A stretch of DNA of 58,362 bases, from the NCBI GenBank assembly GCA_001724265.1, contig MEDY01000166.1, forward strand, positions 1-58,362, written 5' to 3'. A model generated the notes under the pieces. That model worked only from the letters and a program-made list of their open reading frames with translations. It was not told the origin of the DNA and did not search any database. This DNA comes from Rhizaria sp. SCN 62-66. Lineage: Eukaryota. Of the stretch, positions 1-12,536 are shown piece by piece; the first letter of the stretch is position 1; the number at the start of each line of letters is the position of its first letter. The position numbers were made by a program, and so were the translations under genes.

Positions 1-361
1 CGGCCCGCGCTGCCGCGAGCGCGCCCGGCAGCTCCGCCGCGGCGGCCGCCAGCGCGGCCCGCAGACGCGCCGCCTCAGCCTCGGCCTCGGCCGCCGCGCC
101 CGCGCGCTGCTGCAGCGCCTGCGCCGCCGTCTGCGCGCTCTGCAGCTCGCCGCCGCGCCGCTCCAGCGCGCGCCGCAGCGTCTCGGCCGTCTGCCGGTCC
201 GCGGCGGCCGCGTCGGTCAGCGCGGCGAGCGCGGCGCGGCCCGCCTTGACTTCGCCCTGCGCCGCGGCCAAGTCCCCGCGCAGCGCGTTGCGCGCCTGGG
301 CCAGGTCCCACGCCTTCTGCCGCAGCGCCGTGATCTCGGCGGCGGCCTGGCTTGCGCCCGC

Positions 362-392
<31 letters not shown>

Positions 393-2228
393 TCCCCGCG
401 CCGCGCGCCCGCGTCGCCCTGTGCGACCGCGGCAGCGAGCTCGGCGGTCAGCGCCTGCTCGCGCGCGGCCGCCGCGGCGCGCGCGGAGGTCGCCAGCGTC
501 GTGGAGCGGGCCAGCGCAGCCTCTGCGTCGGCGCGCGCCGTTGCGGCGGCCTCGGCGGCGGTCTCGCGCTCGTCCGCGCGCTCCCGCACCGCGAGCAGCT
601 GCGCGCGCGTCTCGCTGTGCGCCGCGGCCTCGGCCTCCAGGGAGGACAGCGCGCCGCGGGCGGTGCGCGCGGCGGCCGCGGCCTGCGCGGACGCGCGCGA
701 CAGCGCGACGCGCAGCGCGGCAGTCGCGGCGGCGACGCTGGCAGCGCTAGCAGAGGCGGCGACAGCAGCGGTGCTATGATTCGCGCTGCTTGCCTCGCTG
801 GCGCTGTTGTTGTTGTTACTGTTACTGTTATCGCTCTGAGAGACAATACGAGATTGAGCGCGCGACATTGCGCGCGACTGCGACGAGTACGAGCGCGCCA
901 ACGCGAGGGACGTTGAGGCCGTGCTGTCGGAGCGCGCGTGGGCCCCGGCACCGCTGCTCGCGCCCGCGCTGTCCGTGTTGCGAGCTGCAGTCGCAGCGGC
1001 TGCGGCGTCGGCGGCCGCGTCGTCGCCGGCCAAGAAGGCTGCCAGCGCGCCGTTATCGCCAACAGCGGTCGACGCGTCAGCACCACCAGCAGTAGTAGCA
1101 TTGGCACCGTCTCTACTCCCGGCCTCACCGTCTCCGACACCGGCGCCCGCGCTGGTGCTAGCGGCGTTGATGTCGAGGTCGTGAAACTCGCCGTCGTCCC
1201 CGAAGCCCATGATAGCGAGCTCCTTGAGCGTGTCGGCGACCTGCTGCGCCTGGCGCGCGCGCACGGCCGCGGCCGCCGCCTCCGCGGCCTCGGTCTCTGC
1301 GCGCGCCAGACGCTGCATCTCGGCGCGCAGGCTCTGTGCGCGCGTGCGCTCGGCCTCGAGCGCCTGCGCCGCGGCCGCGCGCTCCGTCGCCAGCGCGCTC
1401 ACGATCGCGGTCATCATGTTTGTGTAGGACGACTGCAGCGCCGACTGCGAGTGCGCCTGGGGGCGGAGTTGCACTGCGGGCGGCAGCTGGGGCGCGCGCT
1501 GGGACTCAGCAGGCGCAGAGACAGAGTCATGAGCAAACGCAGCAGCCGAGGCGGACGCAGACGCAGACGCAGACGGGGATAGAGGAGCTGTGACATCGAC
1601 GGCAGCAGCAGCATCGACACTCTGAGTCCTGTCGACGCTGACAACAGCAGCTGTCGTACTCTCGTCTGTGAAGCCCACAGCAGAACCAGCTGCAGCAGGG
1701 CTGTTGCTGTCATCGGGCATCGGCGTCTCGATAAGCGTCACCAGAGCGCTGGGGCTCGCGGGCGGGCTCGCGTCGTCACTCGTACCTGCGCCGCCCCCCG
1801 CGGCCGTCGCAGCGCCCGCGGCCGTGGACCGGGGCAGCGGCAGCGACGTGTGCGTGGCCAGCAGCCCCGGCGTCGGCTGCGGCGTCGGGGTTGCGCCACC
1901 AGCAGCAGCACCGCCAGCAGCAGCGCCGATGCTCGACGCCTGCAGCGACAGGGGCATGGTAAGACTGGCGCGGCCCCGCGCGCCGCCAGCAGCGCCGGAG
2001 AGCGCGACAGGGGCGGCGATCTGAGAGGCCTGCGACTCCTTCGAGTGCAGCTCGGCGGCGCGCACCACCAGCGCCGGGCCGGAGCCGCGGCTCGTGGCTG
2101 CAGCGGCGTTGTGGCTGTGGAAGCTGTTGAACTTGCCCTTGGCTGCCAGTCCAGGCCCCGCAGCAGTAGCGCCCCCCAGCCCGCCGCCGCCTGCAGCTGC
2201 GCCAGCACTCGCCTTGCCATCGCCGCCA

Positions 2229-2259
<31 letters not shown>

Positions 2260-5200
2260 TACCCGCGCGCTGCCTTGAGGCCTCGGCCTCGGCCTCCGCC
2301 TCTGCGACGACCTCCGGCAGCCGCAGCCGCACGAGATCAAGCACCTGCTCCAGCGCGCCCAGCCGCCGCTGCAGCCCGCGCGCAGCCTCAGCCTCGGCCT
2401 CGGCGTGCCCGCGCATCAGCGCCTCGCGCGCGCGCGCCGCAGCCGTCTCCGCCTCGGCCGCGCCCGCGCGCTGCTCCGCCTCGCCGGCACGCTCCTCACC
2501 GGCGCGCGCGCGCGCAGCTTGCCGCTCCGCCTCGCGGCCCGCGCGCGCGCGCGCGTCCTCGGCCGCGCCGGCGCGTAGCGTCTGCTTCTTGGCCTCGACA
2601 CGGGCGGCTCGTGCCTCTGTCTCGGCTTCCGCGCACCGAGCGCGCGCCGCGTCGGCCGCCTCGCCCGCCGCGGCCACGGCCTGCTGTGCCGCCGTGGCCT
2701 CAGCCTTGGCCGCCGCGGCCGCGGTGCGCGCTTCGTCGCCCGCGCGCGCGCCGTCAGCGGCCCGCGCCTCGGCCTCGCGCGCGCGCTCCTTCGCGGCCTC
2801 GGCCTCGCCGCGCGCCGCGGCCAGCGCGGCCCCGAGCTTATGGTCACTCTCGCGCGCCTTGGCCTCGGCCGCCGCCGCGCGCTCCGCCGCCGTCGCCTGC
2901 GCGTGCCGCGCCAGCGCCAGACCTTCGTCCGCGGCGGCCGCGGCGGCCGTGGCTGCGCCCGCGGTTGCCTCGGCCGCGGCGCAGCGCTGCTCGAGCACGT
3001 CCCCGCGCGCCTCGGCGGCCGCCGCGCGGTCCGTGGCCGCGGCGGCCGTGGCGGCGACCGCGCGCAGGCGCCCCGCGGCGCCACGCAGCGCTGCGGCCGC
3101 GGCGTCGACGCGGTCCTGCGCGGCGGTGGCCAGCACCGCGAGCGCGCGCTGCGAGGCGCGCTCGACGGCGAGCAGCGACAGGTCGCCGTGGCCGTGGCCG
3201 CGCGTGGCTTGCTCCAGCAGCAGGCAGAAGAGCTTCCACAGCCCGTCGGCGGCGGCCGCCGCGCGCGGGCCCCGCAGCGCGGCGGTGGCGGCCAGCAGCA
3301 GCTGCGACGCGCCCTGCGTGTGCACCCAGAGCCCGCGGTGCAGGCGCGCGACCTGGCTGGCCGAGAGTCCCGCCTGCAGCAGCGTCGGCGTGTCGGCACT
3401 CAGCGACTCCAGCACCGTCATGTTGTGTGGCGCGCGACTAGAGCCGGAGACTGTGTTTGAATCGACAGAGCTTGGGGTAAGACTGTCGTCAATGTCAACG
3501 CTGATGCCCATCGTGGCGAGGGACGCGTGCGCGTGCGCCGCGACAGCCTCCGCGGCGGACAGCTTGACGTCCGCGAAGCCCTGCGTCGCGGTGACCGTGG
3601 CGGCCCAGAAGGAGCCCGCGACGGCGCGCGCCAGCCACGACTCGAGCGCGGCCGCCGTGTCCGCGCGCAGCAGCGTCAGCGCCTGCGCCAGAGGGGCGCC
3701 GGGCAGCGCTGGGGGGGAAGACTGGTCGCTCTTGGAGCTGAAGTCGCCGTCGCCATGGTCGTCGGCGAGGGCGAGCGCGGCTGCGACCTCCGAGTCTGCG
3801 CCGGCGTTGGGGAGCAGCAGAGGCGGCAGAGGGTTGGGAACAGGGAAGTCAGCACTCGCATTCATAACTGTTTTTGCGGTGCTCTTGTGGGGCGCGGAAT
3901 CGCTGTTCTTGAGCCGTGAGCGCCCCGCCGCGACAGCGACAGCGGCGACCGCGGCGACTGTTTGCGCGGCCGTGGTCACGGCGGCGCGGTTGCGGCGCGA
4001 AAAGAGCGTCACGGGGTCCGTCATCACAGTTCCAGCGGAGGCGCTATGACCGGGATCGAGGGCGCTTTGACTGGCGTTCGCGGCGAGCGACGCGGTGCTC
4101 GCGTGATTTGTAGAGATCGTCGGCATTGACAGCAGCGCGCTTGTCGAAGGCAGAGACAGCATAACACGAGAGCGCGATTGAGACGGTGGCGGTGGCGCCT
4201 GTGACAGAGATTGTTGTTGTAGCAGCAACGCTTGCTTCTGTTTACGCCCATACAGTTTGTGTTCTTGCTCTTGCCCATGCTCTCGCTGCTCCGGCTCTTG
4301 GCTGCCGCTCTTGTCAGAGGCATCCGTGTCCCTCGCAGCACCCGACTCAGCCTCGGGCTCAGCCTCACCCTTGGTGGCCGAGATTGTGCTGCTCACGGTC
4401 GTTCTGCTGTCACTGATAATGCTGCCCATCGAGCCCGCGCCCCGGGCCTTGCCCAGAGTCACCGCGCCCAGGTCCCCGCCCGCGGCCACCAGCGCGGCCC
4501 GCGACAGGGCCTGGAGGGCTGCCACAACGGCCGGCGACGCGGGCTCCGGAGCAGCAGCCGCAGTCGGAGCAGAATCAACAGCAGCAGCGGCAGCAGCGGC
4601 GGCAGCGGCTGGCTCATGTTCTGCAAGCGCAACGGCGTCAGCGTCGTCGGTCGTAGCTGTATCACTGGCGCCCTGCAGTTGCTGCTGCTGCTGTAGCTGC
4701 TGCTGCTGCATCTGCTGCGCCCTGAGGTCTTGCGCGGGGCTGCCGTGCCCCCCTGGGCTGTCGTGCGGCCCCGGCCCCGCGGCGACCGCCAGCAGCGCAG
4801 CGGCGGCGGCGTCCTTGTGCCGCCGCTGCAGCTGCAGCGCCAGCCGGCCCAGCTCGCGCGACGACAGCGACGGCTGCAGTAGCTGCAGCTGCGGCTGGGC
4901 GTGGAGCTTTGGCTGCGAGTGTTGGCGCAGCAGCGACTGCGAGCTGCTGCTGTTGCTCTTGCTCGTGTTGCTCGCCAGCGCGGGCAGCAGCGGCGACGCG
5001 CTGCTGTTGCGCCCCCACTGCTGCTGTTGCTGCTGCGCGCCGCGCGCGCTGCTGCTCGCGTTCCGTGTGGTCGCGCTGTTGTTGCCCACGGTGTTGTGGT
5101 TGCCCGAGTGGAGCAACGAGAGGGCGGAAGCGGAGGCTGCGAGCAGGGGCCTGAGGCTGGCGGCAACAGACGCCGCCTGTGGATCAAACGCGGGCCCGTA

Positions 5201-5416
5201 GTGCGCCGGGGCGGGCTGCAGCCGTGCCGAAGACGCAGACGCCGACAGGGCAGCGCCGGAAGACGCTGTGGCAGCGGTGTGTGATGTGGAAGCGGCAGCG
5301 GGCGTCGGCGTGGCCAGCGTCGTACGGGGGGTAAGTGGTGCGGTCTGCGGCAAGGGAGCCAGTGCAGCTGGCACAGGGCCGCCGCGGGGCGTGACCGCAG
5401 CCGCAGGGTCGGACAT
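1..5416 (-). CDS. Large Ala-rich coiled-coil protein of unknown function (3'-truncated by window edge, >1800 aa)
   Basis: Minus frame with GCC/GCG/GAG/CGC-biased codons is open from ATG 5416 (MSDPAAAVTPRGG...) to position 1. It is missing from the ORF track because no stop lies in the window. An in-frame upstream ATG at 5512 is an alternative start. Long AEA/ERA heptad-like runs are present, plus a globular island at ~3130-3420 (LQAGLSASQVARLHRGLWVHTQG...DGLWKLFCLLLEQ). The + strand Ser/Ala ORFs here are its antisense shadows. Confidence 0.8.
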
Positions 5417-6472
5417 CGAGGACCACTGAGCGCGGGAAAAGCGGGTTGTTATGAGAAACGGAAGAAGGCTAAGAGGGTTAGGGGTGTCCGGGGAGAGGCT
5501 AGGGTGAGCCATGGCTGAAAAACTGAAAATGAAAAATACAAATGCGACACTAAAAACGTCGGTTGCGTTATTAATAAGAGCGGGCAACGATCAAAATTGC
5601 GGGAAATCTGTGCTAAAATCGTCAGTGTCGATACTACTTGCTCACGGTCCTGGCGCGACTGGGGGGACTGGTGGCTGCTGGCGCCGGGGCAGATCGCACT
5701 CTCAGTTTAGAATGCGGTCTAGAGGGTTAAACATGTGTCGGAATACGGGAGATAATTTGGTGAGGTATGCCCTGCTTAGTGTACAAGTTGGGTTTAAACG
5801 TCATTTTTGAGTTTATCGCCCGCGGCCTCAGGGACACTGCTTCTGAACGCGCCGCCCCGACGATCTCTATGGAGGCGCGCCGCTAAAGTGCGTCACCAGT
5901 GCCATCATACCCCGTGCGTTCATGGCAGTGTTAAACAAACACTCGCGTAGATCTGGAGTCTTGCTTGCTCTTGTTGTCAGCTTAATTTTCCTATAGCGCC
6001 TTCTCTCGAGCCTCTGCGGCTGCTAAATTATCATGGCCCCCCTCGTAGAGCGCACCCAGTCCACTCTTAGCCCAACTCTCTGCGGGACGCTGCAGCGCGC
6101 CTATGTCCCCGCGCCGCGACATCGCACTATGCAATCTTTGCTGACGCTTGTCTGCTGCTGTCTCGCGCCTTACTCCCATCTTCTATTCATGTGTTATTAC
6201 CTTAACGCCGCACGAAAACAAACCTCGTCGCTCAATCTCTCTGTTTGTTCACAATCTCACCTGATCTCTTACTCCCGCGCCTCGCTCTTTGCTGCTCGCG
6301 TCTCCTGACCTCCCAAACGAAACAGACACCCCACCACTTCTCTTCATCTCCACCCCTGCACTCCTGCTCTGCCCCCAGTAGTGCTCGCCCACTCCCCCGC
6401 ACTCCCTCCCAGCCCTCCGCCGCTGCCTCCGCTGCCGCTGCCGCTGCTGCTGCTGCCTGTTGCTCGCGCGCA

Positions 6473-7228
6473 ATGAGCAACTTCAACCTGGAGCGCCTCC
6501 AGCGCCACTTCCAGCACCTCTCTACGCACGGCAACACGGCCGCGAGCGCGGGGACTGCGGGCGTCGACGCCGCCGCGCACACGCACAGCAACCTCCGCCA
6601 CAACAGCGACGGCCACGACCACGACGGCCACGAAGACGGGGAGGGGGAAGAGGACTTCATCGACGACGACGAAGAGGCCTACTACGCCGCCGCGCACGCG
6701 CAGGCCCAGGCCGCGCTCAACAACACCAAGGCGGCGCCCAATGGTACTCCGGCGGGGGGCGACGGCACTGCCGCGCGGCCGTCGCAGCTGACGCGGGACC
6801 AGCAGATGATGATGCAGTTCCTGCGCGGCGGTGGCGCGCTGCCCGAGCACCTGGCCGCCATGGTCCCGCCCCTGGGCGCGTCCTACGGCCACCAGCACAC
6901 CGGTCACGCCCACGGCCACCCGGCCGCTGCCCATAGCATGCACCGGGCGGCCGGCGACCACGACGTGGACGACGAGGACGACTACCTGGACGACGACGAC
7001 GAGGACGAGGACGACTACGAGGACGACGACGGCGACGACAGCGATGTGCACGGGCACGAGCACGTTGCCAGTAATGACAACGGTTACTATTACGGTGAGG
7101 ACCCGTACGGTGAGGCGGGCGCGGGGTCCGACTACGAGCGGCTCATGCTGCAGCAGCAGCAGCTGCTACTGCAGCAGCAGCAGGCGCAATACCAGCTGCG
7201 CCTTGCGCAGGCGCACGCACAGGCGCAG

Positions 7229-7260
<32 letters not shown>

Positions 7261-8689
7261 CGAGGAGGAGGATCCCGACTTGCTGGACCAGCGCGACGCC
7301 GCGGCTGAGAAGGAGCTGGGCAACGAGGCGCTGCGCCGCGAGGACTTCGCCGCCGCCGTCGAGCACTACTCGCGCGCCATCGAGCTCTGGCCGCACGATT
7401 GGGTCTTTTACGCGAACCGCGCGGCGGCGCACATCAAGCTGGGCGCGTGGCAGGCGGGTGCGGCTGACTGCGACGCCGCGCTGCGGCTGGAGCCCAACTC
7501 GCCCAAGCCGCTGTACCGGCTGGCGCTGTGCCACCTGTCGCAAGCACAGTTTTCGCAGGCCAAGGCGGCGCTGGCGCGGCTCGAGGGCGGTGCCGCGTTG
7601 GACGCGAGCGTCCGCAAGCTCGCCAGCGAGATCGCCGAGGTCGAGGACGTGCTGCGCTCCGTCGACACGCTGTTGCACGAGGACAAGCCCGCCGAGGCCG
7701 AAGAGGCGCTGGCTACGGTTGCCGCGCGCGTCGAGAACACGCTGCCGCTGCGGCTGCTGCGCGCGCGCGTGCTGCTTGGTCACGGGCGCACGGAGCAGGC
7801 GCAGAAGATCCTGCTGGCGCTGGCCAAGCAGCCCGAGAACGCGCAGAACGTGGACATCGTGCTGTGGCGCGGCGTGGCATTCTACGCCGACGGCGAGGAC
7901 GAGTTGGCCACGCGCCACTTCACCGAAGTGCTACGCGTGGATCCCGACAACCGCAAGGCGATCACGATGTTCAAGCTCATGCGCAAGCTCGAGAGCTGCA
8001 AGAAGGAGGCCAACGACCTCTTCAAGGCGGGCCGCCACCGCGACGCCGTGTCGGCCTTCTCGGCCGCGCTGCGGCTCGACGCCAAGAACGAGCAGTATAA
8101 CGCAGTCATCCTGGGCAACCGCGCGGCGGCGTACATGGCGCTGCGCGAGTGGGACGCGGCCGCGCAGGACTGCACGCAGAGCCTGTCGCTGCGCGGCGGC
8201 AACGCCAAGCTGCACGCGCGCCGCGCGCGCTGCTGGGTGTCGCTGAACCTGCTCGACGACGCCGTGCGCGACTTCGAGCGCTCGCTCAAGATCTCTCAGG
8301 ACGACGCCGTCGAGGAGGAGCTCAAGGTGGTGCGCGTGTCGATCAAGCGCTCCAAGCAGAGCTCCTTCTACTCTCTGCTGGGAGTGTCGGTCACGGCCAG
8401 CGTGGACGAGATCAAGCGCTCCTACCGCCGCCTCGCCATGCAGTGGCACCCGGACCGCCAGACGGGCGGGCCCGCAGAGCTCAAGGCGGCCGAGGACAAG
8501 TTCAAGAAGCTCACCGAGGCCTACGAAGTGCTGTCTGACGCGGAGAAGAAGCGCAAGTATGACCTCGGGTACGAGCTGGACGAGATTAACAGCGACACGG
8601 GCGGCCACGGCGGCGGCCGCTACGGCCGCGGCGGCGGCCACGACCAGCAGGACCTCTTCAACATGTTTTTCAACTCGCGCCGCCGGTAA
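6473..8689 (+). CDS. DNAJC7: TPR-repeat + C-terminal J-domain co-chaperone (DNAJC7/Tpr2-like), 738 aa, with His/Asp/Gln-rich N-terminal extension
   Basis: TPR motifs [24 protein letters not shown]...FYANRAAA and [24 protein letters not shown]...[11 protein letters not shown] domain FYSLLGV...[16 protein letters not shown]...[21 protein letters not shown] contains the HPD motif. ATG 6473, TAA stop, no introns needed. Confidence 0.9.
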
Positions 8690-9330
8690 AGTAACAGCGA
8701 CGTGAAGCAAATGTGGCGCGACGCAAGAGAGAGACGCGAAGCAAATCGGAACATAACGATGTCAATGCAATGCAGTGCGAAGCAAAGCAAAGCAATGGAA
8801 TCGCCGCACGTGCACGTGGAAGTGATTGTGATTGCTCACGTGATGTGTACGACTCACAAGAACGTCACACGCAGTGTCTCAAAGTAGCTGTGCGCGAAGG
8901 TCGTGTGCGGTGATGTGTTAAGCCGTGAAGGAAAAGTAAAAAGCAAAGGCTCCGGCGTTTTATGAACAACTAAAACCCGCGCCTTTGCTTTTAATCGGAA
9001 GAATGCTGTGGCTTGACGCCGTGCATTCATATTTTTAGTAAAATATTTTGATGATATGACTTCGTTTGATATCAAAATTGTTCGTAATAATATTATATGA
9101 TCCTCGGATCTCTACTGAGATCGACAACAAATAAACACTTTAAAAGACTTTAAGCTAAGTATTTGAAGTATACATTGTATTGTTTCCACATGAATGGCAT
9201 AAAAAGATTACGAAAAAGTAAAAAACAAAAAGCAAGAAAGAAAGAGATACGTATTTACAGAGAAGAGAGATCCAAAAGCAACATCATCAACAACAAAAAT
9301 TACATCACCGGGACGGGTTTTGTTGTGCGC

Positions 9331-11658
9331 TTAGAAGTTGATGGTGACCTTCTTGATGACGCCGTCGTCGCCGACGGTGAGCAGCGTCTCGTCGTCGAGC
9401 CACTCGCAGAACTCGAGGCCGCCGTTGTGTAGCTCACCCAGGCGCTTGTTGCGCGCGCCCTTGAACGTCTCCAGGTCCGTCCAAACGATGGCGGACTTGT
9501 CGTGGCATGCCGTGACGAGCTTGGTGCCGTCGGGAGAGAACTTGACGGCCGTGATGACGTGCGTGTGGTAGCTCCAGCCGAAGTTGACAACGTTGTCGCG
9601 CGCTGCGTTCCACACCAGCACCTGGTTGTGCTGCGTGCTCACCGTGAGGTTCTTGGGCCCGTAGGCCACGGGGCCCGCGGCGAGCTGGTGCTCGTCGGGC
9701 GTTGCGCCGGCCGCCGTGAGCTCGTCGCCGCTGAGCTTGAAGAAGTACGACACCTTGGCGGAGCCGCCGCCGACGATGATCTCTGTGTCGTCCTCGTTAA
9801 AGGCCACGGACACGGCGTCCTTGACGGTGGCAGTAGCGACGGTGCGGCCGTTGCGCACGACGCCGATGTCGCCCTTGCGCGTCACGTAGACGACCAGGTC
9901 GGCGTCCTTGCGGCCCGCGGCCAGCGCGGACACGGCCGAGGGGGTCGCCACAATGACGCCGCCGTACTCGTGCTTCGTGGTCGAGGCGACGCGGACCGAG
10001 TTGTCGAGCCCGGCCGAGTAGAGGTACTTGCCGTCGCAGGACACGGCGAGCGCCGAGACCATGAGGCCCGTCGAAGTGCCGGTGAACCACTTGGCCGTGC
10101 CGCGAGCCACGTCCCACACGGCGATGTTGCCGGAGTGGTCGGCGGTGTAAGCCTCGCCGCGGGAGCGGTCCAGCGCCAGCGCGGAGATCTTGTCGGAGTG
10201 GCCGTACACAACGTCCACGGGGGCATCCTGGACGGCGGTCGTAGATGGACAGAGGAGATATAGCATAGTATTCAAGATGTGAGTGATAAGTAGATGAATT
10301 GAATGAATACAATTGAATACAACACAGTGAACAAAATAAGATAAACCTTGCAGGCCACGTACCTGGTCCTCGGCGAGGACGGTGAGGACGCCGGAGACGG
10401 AGAGCGCGATGATCTTCCCGGCGGGGGTCCACGCCAGCGATGCGAGCTGGTCCGCGAACTCGTCGCGGCCCACGGACGAGGCGATCTTCCAGGTCTTGGT
10501 AACGGCGCCCGACTCGAGGTCCCACACCTTGACAGTCTTGTCGGCAGACGCGGTGGCGAACTTCTTGCCGCAGGCGGACCAGGCAAGGCCGTAGATGGCG
10601 CCCGTGTGCGCGTCGACGCCGGCGTCGAGCGTGCGAGTGAGCTCGCCCGACTGGCCGTCGTAGACCAGCACCTTGGAGTCGGAGCCCACGGTGACGAATA
10701 CGGCGCCGTCGGGGGAGAAGCGCACCACGTTGGGGAAGCGCTTGTGCGGGGCAGAGCGGTGCAGGTACTTGAAGGGAGGGCCGGAGTAGAAGAGCACCTC
10801 GTTGCCCTCGTCGGTCGTCACCACGCGGTTGCCCTTGGGGTTGACGTCCAGGGACAGAACCTGAGATATCGTCAGGAGAAAAAAACATAGGATATCAGAT
10901 AAGATATGTGAGATAAGTGGGATGAATTACTAGCACTATTCAATAAAATACTAACATAAACCTATATGTCACAAAATATTTCTTTCACTGAGTGCGATAA
11001 GTGCGTACCTGGGAGGTGAGGCGGTCGATCTTGCCAAGCGCGTTGGGGGTGTCGTAGCGGAAGGCCTTGACGTACTCCTGGTTGCCGTTGCCGCCGGCGA
11101 CGATCTTGGACGAGTCGGCAGTCCAGCGCGCGTCGTTGATGCACTGGCCGATGCGGAGCTCGGACTTGACGATCTGGTTGGGGTAGCCCCAGACCTTGGT
11201 GTTGCCACCCTCGTCGCCGGAGACGACCCAGGAGCCGTTGGGCGAGACGCTGACGACATTGACCTTGACCAGGTGACCCGGGTACGCCTCGTGCTGCGAG
11301 AGGTCCTCCAGGTCGCGGATGATGGCGAAGCGGCCGTGGCCGTAGCAGAGCTTCTCCTTGCCCTTGATCGTGGCCACGTTGAGGTGCAGGCCGTAGGCAC
11401 GGCGCGCGGGCGGCAGGGGGGCGGAGGCCCACTCTGCACAGGTGGAAAGAAAGATGAGAAACAGAAAAGAAATGCAAAGGCGAGACAAAGGTGTGGTGTA
11501 AGTTGTTATTGAGTGGAATGCCTTGAATGAGGCAAGAGAAGACGGCAAAGTGGAGTATGCAAGTGATTGACGAAGGCAGCGAAGAGCCAAGATTGCTCGT
11601 GCTCTGATCAAATGTTTCATAAGAGGGCAAAGGACGTACTGACATCGAACGTAGACAT
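9331..11658 (-). CDS. WDR1: WD40 actin-interacting protein 1 (AIP1/WDR1), 612 aa, 4 exons
   Basis: Exons 11658-11640, 11433-11009, 10860-10363 and 10227-9331 join in frame via GT-AG introns (1839 nt). N-terminus is MSTFDVKWASAPLPPARR. AIP1-type signatures include FYSGPPFKY, VRFSPDG, AHTGAIYGLAWS, ATASADKTVKVWD and WSYHTHVITAVKFSPDG. TAA stop. Confidence 0.9.
10228..10362 (-). other. Spliceosomal intron (135 nt, in-frame, stop-free) in WDR1
   Basis: GTACGT donor and CAG acceptor. The AT-rich insert is translated as non-WD40 sequence (VRGLQGLSYFVHCVVF...) in the ORF track. Confidence 0.85.
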
Positions 11659-12536
11659 GGCTCGAGAAAACTACAGTAAGAGTACAATAAAAATCAGAAG
11701 AGACAAGTAGCAGAAGTGAGCATGGTGCGGCGTGACAGCGGCCCGAGGAGAGTGTCCAGCACGAGGCATACACGCGCCCCCTTGTCTGACAAAACGGGTC
11801 TGGAGGACGCGAAATCCGCGCGGATCAGCGCATGCAATAAAAAACAAAGAACAAGGCTACAGGAATAATAACATATAACGCGTAACCCAACTCGCTGTTG
11901 ACGGTTTCTATGACATATATCCAAACAAGTATCCACCTCGCGCCTCCGAATCTTGTGGTCGCTCGCCTCGCGCCCCTGCCGAGACAGACCTACCGATCCG
12001 ACCGCTTTTTTCGGTCGCCCCGCACACCAGCCAGCCAGCCCGCGTTGGCACAAGAGTTTGGGTAAAGTCACTAGACATCCCGCATCCGTTGTGAGAAACA
12101 ACACTGCGTCTCTGCGTTTTTATTTGCAGTTTCATTGCTATATCCATTTTGAGTAACGCTCACAAGCGCATATACCCCTTCATAATTACTCGGGAAGATG
12201 CGTCTGCCAACAGCTCTTTTTGCTTGCATCTTCCTACTGCAATTCCTTCTCAGCTCGCTCACTATAACGCACTCTCGCTCGCGGTATCTTCGATGTGTTC
12301 TTTGTTCAACACGTGCTCTTTGTTATACCTCTCTTCTACTCCTTAGCGAGCTTTTCCCACAACATAAAACGCGCCTGCGTTCCCTGTCTGTTGGAACTTT
12401 TGCACTTGCTCACAGAATCAACTACAGCAACCACCTAACGCTTGTATTCTGTCTTCATCGCTAAGACCTACATTCATCACAAACAAAGAGTCAACCGCCC
12501 TTTGTGCGCGTTGCTCTTTCCCTTTGCTGCCACGCA

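Noticed and set aside
246-5201. Long + strand ORFs (e.g. 2094-4049, 4257-5201) rich in Ala/Ser/Arg
   Set aside because: Antisense shadows of the minus-strand coiled-coil gene; high GC suppresses stops.
6245-6472. N-terminal extension of the DNAJC7 ORF given in the ORF track
   Set aside because: Starts at a non-ATG codon in pyrimidine-rich UTR-like sequence. The first ATG is 6473.
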